Source: Octopus vulgaris
Taxonomy: Eukaryota
Assembly: GCA_951406725.2 (NCBI GenBank)
Contig: OX597814.1
Span: 151,280,001 to 151,344,000 of the forward strand
DNA length: 64,000 nucleotides
Direction: 5' to 3'
Within the stretch, counting starts at the first letter, position 1, and the number at the start of each line of letters is the position of its first letter. Made by a program: the position numbers and the translations under genes. This document shows, in pieces, positions 13,236 to 26,556 of this stretch. The notes under the pieces were generated by a model that worked only from the letters and a program-made list of their open reading frames with translations, did no database searches and was not told the DNA's origin.

Positions 13236-15687
13236 TATATATATATGAAATGCTAAAAACAAAACTGAAGCAGAACAGTGTTTTCACAGATAGAAGTTCT
13301 GAACTTTATTAAAATAGTATAATAAAATAAAGGTAGTAATAAGTAGGCTTATGAATGAAGAAGATGAGTTTAATTGCAGTTTTTGAAGCATGACTAATAT
13401 TGTTGATCCAAATGTGATATGGAACTAAGTACACTGTTGAAACACAAGTATTTCATTAAAGTTTGTGAAGCTTTGTAAGGAAACAATATATCTGATCATG
13501 AAAGCTTTATCTATCTAGGCTTTCCCACCTTACGCATAATCACATCAAATTATATTTTTCTTGCTCAAAGCATCTGTAATAGAAGTTTTAGAATTATCTC
13601 TTTGTTTTTTTTTTCCAAAAATCTTAGAATTATAAAATCTAACACAATTTTGAACGGGGGGAAAAAAAAATTAGCTTTTATAAAAGTTAGGTATTTACAA
13701 GGAAATATTCTAAAAAAGTTATTTGAAAATCTAATTTTTAAAAATATTACAATAGTACAACCAAATCAATATTTCCTCCAATTTAAGGAAATCTGGCAAG
13801 CTGGCAACAATAAAATTATATATGAATTTTAAAATGATTTTTGTTTTTTAATATATTTCTTTCATTCAATTTAACACATGAAGGATTTATGCCATAGTTT
13901 GTCAAATACAAACAGAAAATCCAGTTTGTATGCATTAGTCTGCTAATGCATCAAAATGTAAAACTCATGGTATGTAATTATGTATTTCAATACCAAATAT
14001 ATAAATATAATGGAAACTGATGCTCAGAAATAAAGAATGTCATTATCAAATATTAAGTTGTTGGACACTTTTTATGTAAAATATATTTTATAATAGGTTT
14101 AATGTAAGCTTAACATTACCAAACATAGTAAAGTTTAATGAAAATTAAATAATTGAGAGATGCTATCTGTATGAAAAACAATAGGTAAGCAAGTGTTTCA
14201 TATTTATTTAATTAACAGAGCATTAAAAAGCCAATGTACATGCCACAGTAAGTGTAATCCCGAGCCAAGTTACCTGTGCACAGTTTTTTTTTAACAACTA
14301 CCATGAATTAGACAAACTTTTATATGGTAAATTAAAAAGTTTTAATATTCATATCTATTTTGTTCAGTTTGAGCTCTGATCATTATTAGGCATCTTATTC
14401 ATGGATGTGTACATAGAGCTGGATTACATTTGAACTCAGAACCCTTGCTGATTTCTAGGCTCAGAATAATAGTGACCTTATTTACTAAGCCACTGATGCA
14501 TGTACATACAGATCAGAGCATCAAAACATTTTTCTTCTCAATTTTAAATATGATATTAATAGTCAGAAAAATTTTAATTCTGTTAACAGTAGTAACTTCA
14601 GCAATTTGACTTTTAAATATCAGTTTTAGCAATAACCAGGTTTGGTATTAACATTTGTGACATGCAATGTCAGCTGTTTAGAACCTTCAATGACCTCAAA
14701 TTTGATTTCTCTTTCTTTGAAATTTTCTCCAACTAACACCATTTTATTGTAGTGTACAATTGTGAATAAAAATAAAAATAAAATTTAAAAATAAAAGCTG
14801 GAACACACCTATATGTGAAGTAGCAATTAACATTTTATCATCTTTTTTACAATATAAAATTTATAATACTATTAGTATTTTTTTTTTTTGAGTGGAAAAA
14901 CAAAACAAAATGCAAAGCTTTTAAATCTGCAATAATTGTAAGAATTTAACATCAAAACATATTTCATGTTATTTAAACATTCTCAGCATTTTAAATTACA
15001 TTAATGATTGTCATTCAACACAAATTGGCTTTGTTTCATTTATGCAGTTATAAATACTACAGAAATGGTATGACATAGAAACTCTATTGAAGGTAACTTG
15101 ATATCACTTCAGGCTGAGGATAATTCAATATTTTGTTGCACTGCACCTTCACTTGTGTAGCACAATTGTTTGTTAAAAGGATGTGGAAGTTGTTCTCTGG
15201 CAAAGGTCTGTCACCAGATACATGGGCCTGACCTTATGACTAATGGCTCAGGATGTTGACCTATGTGCTGGTAGGCCCACCAGTGATAACTGACTTTCAG
15301 ACTTGATGCTTACAAAGAGCAATGTAGAGGTTACCATAAGTTGTGACTTCTTCTTCTCAATCTCTCATGAATGTCAGAAGTGTTACCCTTAGGTCAAAAT
15401 AAAATATATATATATAAAAAAAAAACAACCTTTTCTTTTCCTCATCCTGGAAGCATATTTTCCAATACTCTAGAAATAAAACTACCACTTCATAGCAATG
15501 GCTCCAGTTGCTCATCATTCAATTTGGAGACACCTAACAACAATGGATTGAATCTTGCAAGCTATCATAAAGATAAAACACAAGATTGAACACATTATTT
15601 TCTCCAGTTGTTTATAGATGATCAAATGGATAACTGTTTGACTGGTTTAATAGTTCATGTTTGTTACTCCTATCATATTTGTGTAAT

Positions 15688-16694
15688 GTACGAGATGCTA
15701 TTAGAATGGTTCTGCACTGCACATGCTGTGTGTATACAGTTCAATGGAGTTGTGTGCATAACTGATGATCATAGGTAGCCAGCCTACAAAACAGGCTTCA
15801 TGCTACCCACCTTATATTCAGTTATTATGTTAGGCTTTATAACATTGTGTTGGAATGATGAGGCAATTTTTACAATGACTGACAAATTAGTAAAAAGATT
15901 TTGTTTCGTGCTAAATAAAAACTGCATAGAATTTGGTAAATCTGATATCAAAACCTCTGATATGCTTCACCAAGATTTTGCTGAACATTCTTTAAGTCAA
16001 GCAAAAACTTTTGAATGGCACCTGTGTTTCAAGACTAGTTGGTTGTTAGTTTAAGATAACGGTTGTTCAGGACAACCAATCCCTAGAAACTATGGAACAA
16101 TTTTGTGAACTCGTCCAATGACAATCACTACAAAACAAACTGTCAACTCTATAACTGGAATCATTTACAAAGTTTGTTAAAAATTTTTCTTGGAAAATAT
16201 GAACATGCATTGCATGTCTACAAAGTTTGTTGCTAGTTTCTCACAAAAGTAATACTGTTTTTGTATGTGCATCATTAGTCTTCTGAAATATTCTTGATGT
16301 TTTACCAGTGATAGGTCACTCTGCTCATTGTCTTGATCTAACCCAACAGTCAACTGTCTCAAGACACACACAACACTCAAAAACTAGTGTTTAATTAAAC
16401 GAACGTTCGTTAAAGGCTCAAGAAAGCATTTTGAAGGTCTTGATAGCAGATTTGCCGAGCTTCACGCAAAATTTGATGCAATCATACTGCTTAAATTTGT
16501 CAGGCATTTTGAGAATCATAGAGCTGCTGTTCTAATACGATGTTGCAAAACTTAATGTAATAATTGAACACATAAACAGCATGAAGCTAATTTGTGACTG
16601 AAGGTTGGCAACTAAGGATGATCAACTGCACAAGCATTTTGGGTGAAAACAATTCCATGACGTGCAGTCCAGAACTTTCTGATAACACATTGTA
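15688..16694 (+). mobile_element. Internally deleted mariner relic
   Basis: Degenerate TIRs tacgagatgctattagaatggttctgcactgc and gcagtccagaactttctgataacacattgta; HTH relic EFGKSDIKTSDMLHQDFAEHSLSQAKTFEWH. Confidence 0.75.
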
Positions 16695-17290
16695 CATACA
16701 GGTGATTATATCTTTTTTTGTCTCCTGTTCATTGAGCTAATTAGCTGTATAGCTTCTAGGTCATTATCTTACTTCCTGGTTACTACAATCTTTTCTATCC
16801 CAAACTGTAATCCTCTGGACTTCCTCCTTGCAGATGTGAAAGCTGAACATTGACCTCACTAATCCAGGAAATCCTGCAAAGATCATGTTTTTCATCTGAC
16901 AAACTTATAAATAACAGGACATTCAGTATAATAGAATTTACTTAAAAGGTTTAGTCAGAGGAGGAAGGGCGAAGCTATAATTTCTTCTCTGCTTCTGAGA
17001 ATGGTGGGGAGAAAGAGAAAAAAACCGTGATTCATGGGTTGCAGTGCATCAAGATGATATTGAATTATTCTCAGAATGAAGACCTGGTCAGAATGCTTGT
17101 GAAAATACTCAATGACTAGGTGGTGGTGTTAAACAGGATGGGTGACAAATTAGCAACTAATCAAATAAAATTTAAGTCCACAGTTCTTAAAATGTAAACA
17201 AATTTCTCATTAACTAAATGAAATTTAATTAATGAATTTCAATTGAACACTTAAATCATATAATTTTTTTTATTATGTATATATTTATAT

Positions 17291-17518
17291 ATACAAGGGG
17301 GGGGGGGCTGAAAATTTCCTGGCTTTGGATAAAAGAAATTACAGAAGGATCAGTTAATTATGATTTTATTCAAAATATTTCCCTCTCAGATTCACACACT
17401 TATTGCAGTAATCCTTCAGCTTTTGTAAGCCCTGTAAAAAAAACTCAGAAGGTTGGACCTCCAACCAGGCTTTTTGTAATCTCCTTAAAGCCAAGAACTT
17501 TTCAACACCCCTTCATTT
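17291..17518 (+). mobile_element. Mariner-derived MITE (~220 bp)
   Basis: TIR ggggctgaaaa(g/t)ttcctggcttt. Same family at ~48262-48483, 55266-55905 (split by a SINE) and 60549-60765. Confidence 0.85.
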
Positions 17519-18562
17519 ATAGAAATACACACCTATATAGTATAAATATGTCACCCACAAATAAATTTCATGTGTAGGGTAAACAGGAATTACATTTCTG
17601 GATCACAGTTTTGTTTAAATTGTACATATCTGTGAATGTGTAACAGACTAAAAGGCCAACCAGACAAAATTTTGGCCCCGTTTATAAAACTCCACATGTT
17701 TCTAGTACAAAATGATATTAAACACTTTTATGTTTTTGAACAAGATAGACAAAACCATATATATATATAATATATAATCATACTTGGGTGACATTTATAT
17801 ATATATATATATGTATACACACACACACACAAACACACAGTCATACATGTTATACAAGATAGTGCCAAAGTGATCATCTGTATTTGTATGTTACACATTT
17901 TTAATTATCTCACTGAAGATATGAAATAAAACACTTAACAGCAGTCACTTAACCTACAATGTAAAAAGAAATAAAGAAAAAGCCAAATATCCTTTAGATA
18001 ACATTCTATCATCTTAAGAAGCTTGGGCTGCCTCCAACCACAAAAAATATAACACCAGAAAATCATGACTGGAATGCTTCATTATCATTGGTCTGCTGAA
18101 CCCGGGATAAACAACAAAATAACAATTAACATTTTGATATGGCACTGTAGTTGCAAAGGTCATTAATTTATGTTCAAAATAGAGATAATTAACAAAGTAC
18201 TATAACAGTAATTCAAGACCATTAAAGCATTTTGATCCAAAAGATACTGGAATTTCAATTCTCAAAATTGGGTGTTCATAGGTTGAAAAAAAAAAAAAGC
18301 AGCTACAAATGGTACACCTCTTTAGAAATCATTTAAAGTATTTCTTATTCAATGAGCTAATACTTTATCACTTCAGATTACTGCTTGTGAGATTATCCCA
18401 AAGAAAATACAAGTGTATATATATATATATATATTAGCAACAGAGGCAGTACTTATACCAAGAGGTAATATTTATCTCTACTTAAATGTGGATGTTCTAT
18501 TAGAACAAACTACACTGCAGTAGTTAGCATGAGAGAAACTCTTATATTGGCTTTATATATAT

Positions 18563-18720
18563 ATGCGTATAATAAGGGATGACCACTAAGTGGACATCCA
18601 ATATGCTAGAAGAAGATCACCTACGATCTAACCACAAAGAAAATGTTCTCTAGAGATATTCAGCAATTTTCAATCTCTATATTGGATGTCCACTTAGTGG
18701 TCATCCCTTATTATATGCAT
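18563..18720. repeat. 158-bp element with 42-bp inverted termini
   Basis: atgcgtataataagggatgaccactaagtggacatccaatat pairs with atattggatgtccacttagtggtcatcccttattatatgcat (one mismatch); next to a (TA)n run. Confidence 0.85.
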
Positions 18721-18924
18721 GTATTACAATTTATCTGAATTTTCAGATTTTTCTATATGCTAGGCTACAGGTTTTAGATTGATGTTAATTAAATTAATAT
18801 TCAATTTATCACCCTCATTATTTAAATATATATATATATATATTCTAAGGGGTGACAAGTACAAAAGAAGTTATGTCTAGCCACTTACAATAAAGAACTC
18901 AAAGATAAGTCTGAGAGTAGACAA

Positions 18925-19002
18925 AATATTTAATCCATAATTGACAGTGTGACAAAACAAATTTTGTTTCGCTTGCGGCTCTTCGATTATGGATTGAATA
19001 TT
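18925..19002 (-). ncRNA. Degenerate type I hammerhead ribozyme remnant (core deletion)
   Basis: Minus strand: long stem, GAAGA, GC-cgcaa-GC, GAA, ACAAAA-tttg-TTTTGT, C (GUC site), then acactgtcaattatgg. The CUG of the core and part of the stem I 5' strand are absent. Confidence 0.55.
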
Positions 19003-20309
19003 AAAGTTTGCATGGCTTTGGAGTTAAAAACTGGCATTATCTAAGAAATTAAGGATTTACCATCAAGACTGAATGAAGATGATGGAAAATGCCATTGAAA
19101 TATTTCAGTCAAATTTGTGGATGTGAAGCAGGTGATTCTTCTTGACATATTATTTTGATTAAAGTAATTAAAATCTCTCCATGTATTGTCATTATTATTC
19201 TATATTTTGTGCATTTCTCATATTCTAAAAACCACCTCCACAAATGAAATAATTACTTTTGCACCATCTTGTACATGAACTAAGAAAGCCATTCTGTACT
19301 GCCAAATGCTTTTAGTTCCACATGTACCCATGGCAAACACATTCTTCAAATTATAGTAGCCACATTAACACATAGAACTAAACAATATGAAACTGGCAGA
19401 ACAGAATAGATAACCAAGTTCTTACATGCACACACACCCAAAATGATGGTGAATGTCATAAATATCCAATGCAGTGTTGCAGTACTTCATACACTGTATC
19501 TTCTAAAGCAAGTTGGTATTGTAAGGCTTTTCCATCTCCATGGTACATTGATAACAGGTCTTGAATTCATTATAGCAAGCTAACAAAACACTTGTTAAGT
19601 ATACAGTGCTCACATTGTTTAACATGGTAGGTTATGCCTCCTCATGGCACTTGTTTACAGCTTCATGGTAGCTCTGCTTTTTTGAAAAACAAAAACCCAC
19701 ACACCAATATGTGTGTGTGTATGAAGTGTGAGTTTGTGTGTGTGTGTATATGAGTAAAAACACATACACACACATATTGTACAATTCAGTGTCTCACAAA
19801 TATCATTGTTCACAAAACATTATGTAAATATCAATATTAGTGAAATTATGAATAGTTGCAAAGAATAATCCCAGTGCTACAAATATTTATTCTCTACATC
19901 CATATTCATCTTGGTTTCTAAACTCAAATGTGTAAACAAACACACACACACATATATATATGAATGTGTCTATGTATAATGTCTGCATGTATAAATATAT
20001 GTATGTACATATATATATATGTGTGTATGTACACACTAATATGCATTCATTGCTGTGCTGAGACTGCTCAGAGTTTTTTGAATACCTATCACTATTGATA
20101 TAATTCTATGTGAACAGTGATACATATTTACAAAACTCTGCACAGCAAGAGATAGTAGTCTCAGCACTGCAACAAATATTTATGCTCTACTTCTGTATTG
20201 AGTACTTTCCCCTCTTATTTATTAAACATAATCAGTATCAAATAAATATGTGCGTGTGTGTATACATATTGTGGAAAGCTGGCAGAATCATTAGCAAACT
20301 TTTTTTTTT

Positions 20310-20711
20310 TACTCTTTTTTATTTGTCTCAGTCATTTGACTGTGGCCATGCTGGAGCACTGCCTTTAGTCGAGCAAATCGACCCCAGGACTTATTCTTTG
20401 TAAGCCTAGTACTTATTCTATCGGTCTCTTTTGCTGAACCGATAAGTTACGGGGACGTAAACACACCAGCATCGGTTGTCAAGCGATGTTGGGGGGACAA
20501 ACACAGACACACAAACATATACACATACATACATACATACATATATACAACGGGCTTCTTTCAGTTTCCGTCTACCAAATCCACTCACAAGGCTTTGGTC
20601 TGCCCGAGGCTATAGTAGAAGACACTTGCCCAAGGTGCCACGCAGTGGGACTGAACCTGGAACCATGTGGTTCGTAAGCAAGCTACTTACCACACAGCCA
20701 CTCCTACGCCT
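20310..20711 (-). mobile_element. Family A SINE, full length
   Basis: Consensus match with internal (TA/CA)n. Further copies at ~23750-24088(-), 32083-32605(-), 41320-41813(-), 44553-44790(+), 47097-47508(-), 47805-48146(-). Confidence 0.9.
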
Positions 20712-21975
20712 GGTCAAAATGCTTAGAGGTATTTTGTCTGACCTTATGTTCTGAGTTCATATTCTGCCGAGGTTGACAAAATAAGTACCAGTTCAGCACT
20801 GGGATCAATGTAATTGACTTAACTACTCCTGGGTAAGAGTATAAAAAACTGCACTCCACTACCAAGCCACGATGAGCCAGTGCAGCAGAGCAGGCTCATT
20901 AAACCAATATGATCTCAAGCCCAAAATTCATGGCCTCACATCAGACCGCAGTTAGTGGTGAGAAAATGCTGAGGCCTTTGTCCTGCAGTGGACTGAACAT
21001 AGGCAATCCGATCCAATATATATATATATGTGGGTGAAGCAGTTTGATAAGAGGAGGACTGAGGACTTGATGGGGATGCTGGAGTTAGAGGAATCGGTGG
21101 AATGGCTGGCAAGGGCAAATGGAGTTCAGTGGTATGGGTATGTGTTGAAGAGAGTATTTGTGTTTGAGGTAAAGGGACTGTGAAAGTGAGGTAGACCAAG
21201 GAAAAAGTGGAGGGGACAGGTGGAGGAAGAGATTGGGAGGGTTGGCTTGAGAATGGAGGACGCCCAAAACTGGGCAAGATGGCGAGATGATGTGAGGGCA
21301 GTTGCTATGGCATTAAGGTAGATTCAGCCACCCTGTTAACGGGGACAAAACCCAGATTTAAAACACTGGATGATGATGATGATATACATACCTACATATA
21401 TATTATCATCATTGTCATTGTTTATTTCATGCTGGTATGGGTTGGATGAGTCTTATTGCTTAGTATTCTCCAGGAAATGCCTTTCTGTGATGATGTATAT
21501 ATGTATACGTGTGTGTATGTAGAAATATATATATATATAGATGGATAGATACACACACACATCTACCTGTGAGTTTGTATATACTCAAATATACATATAC
21601 TCAATGATATATAAGACAAATATATGATTCTTTAAAATCATGAATAACGAAGTTTTTAATAAATTTTAGATTTTATTTTATTTTCTTTGTCTTTGGGGAA
21701 GGTGTTGGGGGTGAGAGGCAAGAAATAAATAATTGAAGATCGGTTTCCTGTTTGAAAGAAATTGTAATTAAGATTAGATATAATTATCTATGAAATAACA
21801 ACCTTATTAAAAACAACAAATTTCAGAGAGTTAAATCTATTGCACTTAGTTGTTAAGGACTGGACATATAAATGGTACAGTCCACTTCTAAATACCCATA
21901 TCCTATATCATTTCATCAACTAGTTTTATCTAATTGATTTTTTAAGTAACTGTTTTGTTCTAGGTTATCTTTCAC

Positions 21976-22720
21976 TTAGTACTTCTCATACCAAGTTTCC
22001 ACTGATTCAATATCTTTACACTTTTTAACTTTGAATGTTACTGTTGCTGCGAGCTTCTTTTGTTTTGGCATCCATTGAGATATCCATTCTTTGTTCACTA
22101 GGTCACCCAAGACAATAAAGTGGTTTTGAAGTTTTTGAGGGAGCCTATAAATGATTTCTTGAACCAATACAAAAATCATAGCCGAATCTCTCAAATCATA
22201 TCGCTATGTTGTCATTGTTATCATCATTTAACGTCTTTTTTCTATGCTGGAATGGGTTGGACAGTTTGACTGGAGCTGGTAAGGCCAGGTGCCACAGCAG
22301 GCTCTGTTGTCAGTTCTGGCATGGTTTCTATGGCTGGATGCCCTTCCTAATGCCAATGAGGACCTAGTTTTTTTATCTTTCTTTTTATGGTTTAGTCAGA
22401 AGAAGGCAATATCCGTGATTTTTTGTAGGACCACTAAGACCTTTTTTTGAATACCAGCAATGAAATGGACACTGGTAAAGACACCTAAAAACCAGGCAAA
22501 CAAATTACCTAACACCCCACAACAGAGGCATTTCATTAAATGTGATACCATACACTTTCTTTCTACTCTGTTTCACATCCAGAGTTTTGGCAGAAGACAC
22601 ATGCTCAAGCTTTGAGATCCAACAACTCTCAAAGCTGAGATAGTTTCCAATAGTCCAGTCATTGCATTTGTGGATTGTGCAAACACTTTTTACTTGATGT
22701 TTGATATAGTGGAGTATCAT
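21976..22720 (-). CDS. Candidate two-exon 126-aa ORF (22720-22509 joined to 22144-21976), unknown product
   Basis: Donor ag|gtaatt and acceptor tcatttatag|g are both phase 2 and join two separate ORFs: ...MPLLWGVR|LPQKLQNHFIVLGDLVNKEWISQWMPKQKK... No homology recognised. Confidence 0.3.
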
Positions 22721-25559
22721 AGATGTAGCTTGTCACCAGGTCTTTCTCTCATGACACTGGCTGAAACCATATCAAAAATTAGAGTGAACAAATGAGATGT
22801 GGACTCCACAAGCCACATTGCAGGCTGCCCATCTAAGAGAACAATAACTCTGATTAAGAGTTGATACAGGCTAGATGGGTGAGGTGGGCAGGGTCTTCAG
22901 CTCTGCCACAGACAGCCTCTCTAGTACTAGTAACATGTAACAGCCCACACTGTAAAACATACACACAAAAAGTTGATCAATTTCTATCGATGTGTGAGCT
23001 AGATGACAGAGACTGTGATGAGAGAGGAAATGCAGTGAATTCTGTCTCTGTCTAAATCAAAACAGCATGAAAAAACAGATATAAAATGATGATAATAATA
23101 ATTTCAGTGCATTGACCAAAACACAATGACACAGACCTTAATTATGCCAAATATGGCATTTTCAAGCTTCTGTTACACTGATGAACTCATTAAGCTTTTA
23201 GGAAAGGTTACATGAAAGTTGATACAATCAAGACTAAAATCCTGTCAACTAAATTTCAAACAACTGAAACATGTCCTTTCAGTAAATGATATCCAATAGC
23301 TTGATGTAGATGAATTTGTTTACCAGGTGTAGGGGGATGTTCTCCCTACTTTCTGAAGTGGTCCAAAAAGGAAATCAAACTAGTTGCTTACGGTCCTTAA
23401 AGGATTATCAAGCTGCACAGAGAGATCTGTATATTCCAGGTACAAGCACAATTCTTTTCCATGGTTGTGAAATGCGGTCCTAAGGGGATTCTCTAATTGT
23501 AGGATTTCCACTCTGATCAAGTACAAGTGTATTATCAGCAAGCATGTGGCTCTGTGAGTCTATTTCAGTTGCTTTGGCTTTAAATGTAATCTGTTGGATG
23601 TATTGAGTTACTGAGGCAAATACGTATGGTCTTCATTCATGGAATGTGGACTTGCCTCACCAACAGTTAACAGTTGCTTGAGACAACTTGAATAAAAGGA
23701 GCCATTTAAGCCTGCAAGGTAAATACAAATGTAAGAACAAAGTACATATACTCTTACTCTTTTACTTTAGTCAAGGAAATCGACCCCCAGGACTTATTCT
23801 TCATAAGCCTAGTACTTGCTCCATCGGTCTCTTTTGCCGAACCACTAAGTTACGGGGACGTAAACACACCAGCATCAGACATCAAGCGATGTTGGGGGGG
23901 ACAAACACAGACACAAACATATATATATACAAATGTACGATGGGCTTCTTTCAGTTTCCGCCTACCAAATCCACTCACAAGGCTTTGGTCGGCCCAAGGC
24001 TATAGTAGAAGACACTTGCCCAAGGTGCCATGCAGTGGGACTGAACCCGGAACCATGTGGTTGGTAAGCAAGCTACTTACCACACAGCGCGTATCTATCA
24101 TCATCATTTAATGTCCATTTTCCATGCTAGCATGGGCTGGATGGTTTGAAGGGAGCTAGCCAGCTGAAGAATTACCTGGGCTCCAAGTCTGTTTTGGTAT
24201 TGATTTCTACAGCTGGATGCTCTTCCTAATGCCAATCACTTTATAGAGTGTATTGGGTATGTTTTCACAGCACTGGCCCAAGCTCATTATGTAAGTCAGA
24301 GGGAATTCATGAAGCAGATTTTCTATGGCTTGATGCCTTTTCTGTTGGCAGCCCTCACTTGTTTTCGAGTAAAGTATTCTCTCCTCATGGCCAAACATAT
24401 TTCCATGGAAAACTGGAAATGAACAGCATCATTTGGTGCATGCAGCAAATATTTCAGAGAAAGTTTAAGCTTCACATTCATCTTCCATCCTCCCTCCATA
24501 ACAGATCAAAACCAATTATCACACATTCATTGTTTCATTTCACACTTGGGTGGTAGATTTTAAACCACTGTCTAGTTTAGCATAACCACCCGGACCTTTG
24601 AATGTCTTTCACAAAGTTGACAAGTATTCAGGCCAATTCTTTGGCTTAACAATAAAATCCTACCATCAGTCTTGGAGGCTCTACAAATGGTCATGAGCAC
24701 TGCCCTTACACTTCTGATGAAGTCAAAACAAAAAAGAAAATGTTCCTATATTTCTTTCATTCATTCAACAACTCAAATGTGTCAGGCCTGGTATTAATTA
24801 GGTCATGTAATTACATAAAACTTGACAGCAATTCATCTGAGCTGTCTTTATCATGCTGTACAGTTGATGGCTGGCTGCCACAATTTATTTATTGCTGTGT
24901 GGGCTCAGCATGTCAAAGAATAGACCTGATGTTTCTCTGTGTGTCATAAAAGGTAACTAACTGAAAGAGGTTGCGATATGATTTGCAGTCTGACCTCATA
25001 AAACCCTCACCCACAACAACTACCCAAAACAGAAATGGGATGGAAGGTTGTTGCCTGAGTGGCACAAAGGTGTCATCTGCCAGGAGTAGAGAATGACCAA
25101 CAAATGATGGATGCAGTGATGAGCTGTTACAGCACGTGCCCCCATACTACTACTAAAAGTACTGAGAGAACTTCAACAAGGTCACTTGACTTGCAAAAAA
25201 TAACAGCCAAATCCAATTCAAATCAGGTTACCACCTTAAAAAAAAAAACATTGGATGATTTGATCTAAGACACATTGTATTTACAAAACCAAAAAGATGG
25301 AGAGAGATGGTCTTAGCTGGAATGCCCTTGTCCTTGAACAGAGCTGACTTGAGATTAAACAACAATTAAAAATTTCCAACACTTGTACATAAATTAGTTG
25401 TATATACATACTATTTGATACTGTGTGCCTACTTTTCCTTTCCAATGTAAACATTTCTATGATCCTGTGGTTTAAAGATTTCTTGGTAAGTATTATGTCC
25501 ATCTTCAGACAACTTGAATCAATTAAACAATTATGAAATGCAAACAAATAAATTTATAA

Positions 25560-26200
25560 GTGTTTTAAATTTTGATACAAGATAAACAATTTTAGGGGAG
25601 GGAGTAAGTTATATCGATTCCAAAGCTCAACTGGTACTTATTCTATCAACTGCAAATGGATAAAAGGCAAAGTTAACCTCAGCAGCATTTGAACTCAGAA
25701 CATAGAGCTGGAAGAAATGCCACAAAGCATTCTGTTTGGCATGCTAACAATTCTGCCAGCTCGCCACCTTAATAATGGTTTCAAATTTTGGCATAATGCC
25801 AGTAAATTTAGAGGAAGGGGCAATTTGATTACAATGACTCCAGTGCTCAAACTAGTACTTATTTTACTGTCCCCGGAAAAATGAAAGGCAAAGTCAACTT
25901 TGGCAGAATTTTCACTCAGAACGTAAAGATGGACGAAATGCTGCCAAGCATTTTGCTCAGGAAGCTAATGGTTCTGCCAGCTTACTAATTATATCAATAA
26001 TAACAATAATTGTTTCTAACATAGGCACTGGGTCAGAAATTTCGAGGTGTTAGTTGGCTAGACCAACCTCAGTTTATGGCTGATACTTTATTTCGTTGAA
26101 CCTGGAAGAATGAAAGGTTAAGTCGACTTTCAAAGAATTTGAACCCTCTGAGCCAGAACACAGCAAGGCTTTGTTTTTGACACATTAATGATTTTGTTAA
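25560..26200 (-). mobile_element. Cluster of three decayed family B SINEs
   Basis: Repeated ctggtactta...gaaaggcaaagt...tttgaactcagaac...tctgccagct; CpGs largely lost. Confidence 0.8.
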
Positions 26201-26556
26201 TGGTTGCCTAATAATAACAATAATAGTCCTTTCTTTTTCTTATGACTAAAAAAAAAAGATACCCATATATAACAGAAAAGCATTATGTGTGTACACATAT
26301 TTGGATGTATAAACGAGAAAGAAGTACTCAACAGATGCAGGAAATTTCATGTATTTGAAGTTGAGGTTTCATTGCTGTTCCAAGTTTCCTATTACTATAA
26401 TGTTCTCAAAGTGTCTCTAATCCATGTATCTTGCTGAACATGATAATAACAAGAAACTCAGAGTAGCAACAAAGCCTTAGCTTCAAATATATGAGTATAT
26501 ATACATACACACATGATATTTATGTAAGCTAACACATTTTTCAAAAATATTGACAT

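Noticed and set aside
18925-19002. Hairpin as a pre-miRNA
   Set aside because: The inner part is branched and fits hammerhead geometry better; no recognised mature miRNA.
22721-22760. In-frame TGA five codons upstream of the 22720 ATG as possible selenocysteine
   Set aside because: No redox motif, no SECIS identified and another in-frame stop shortly upstream.
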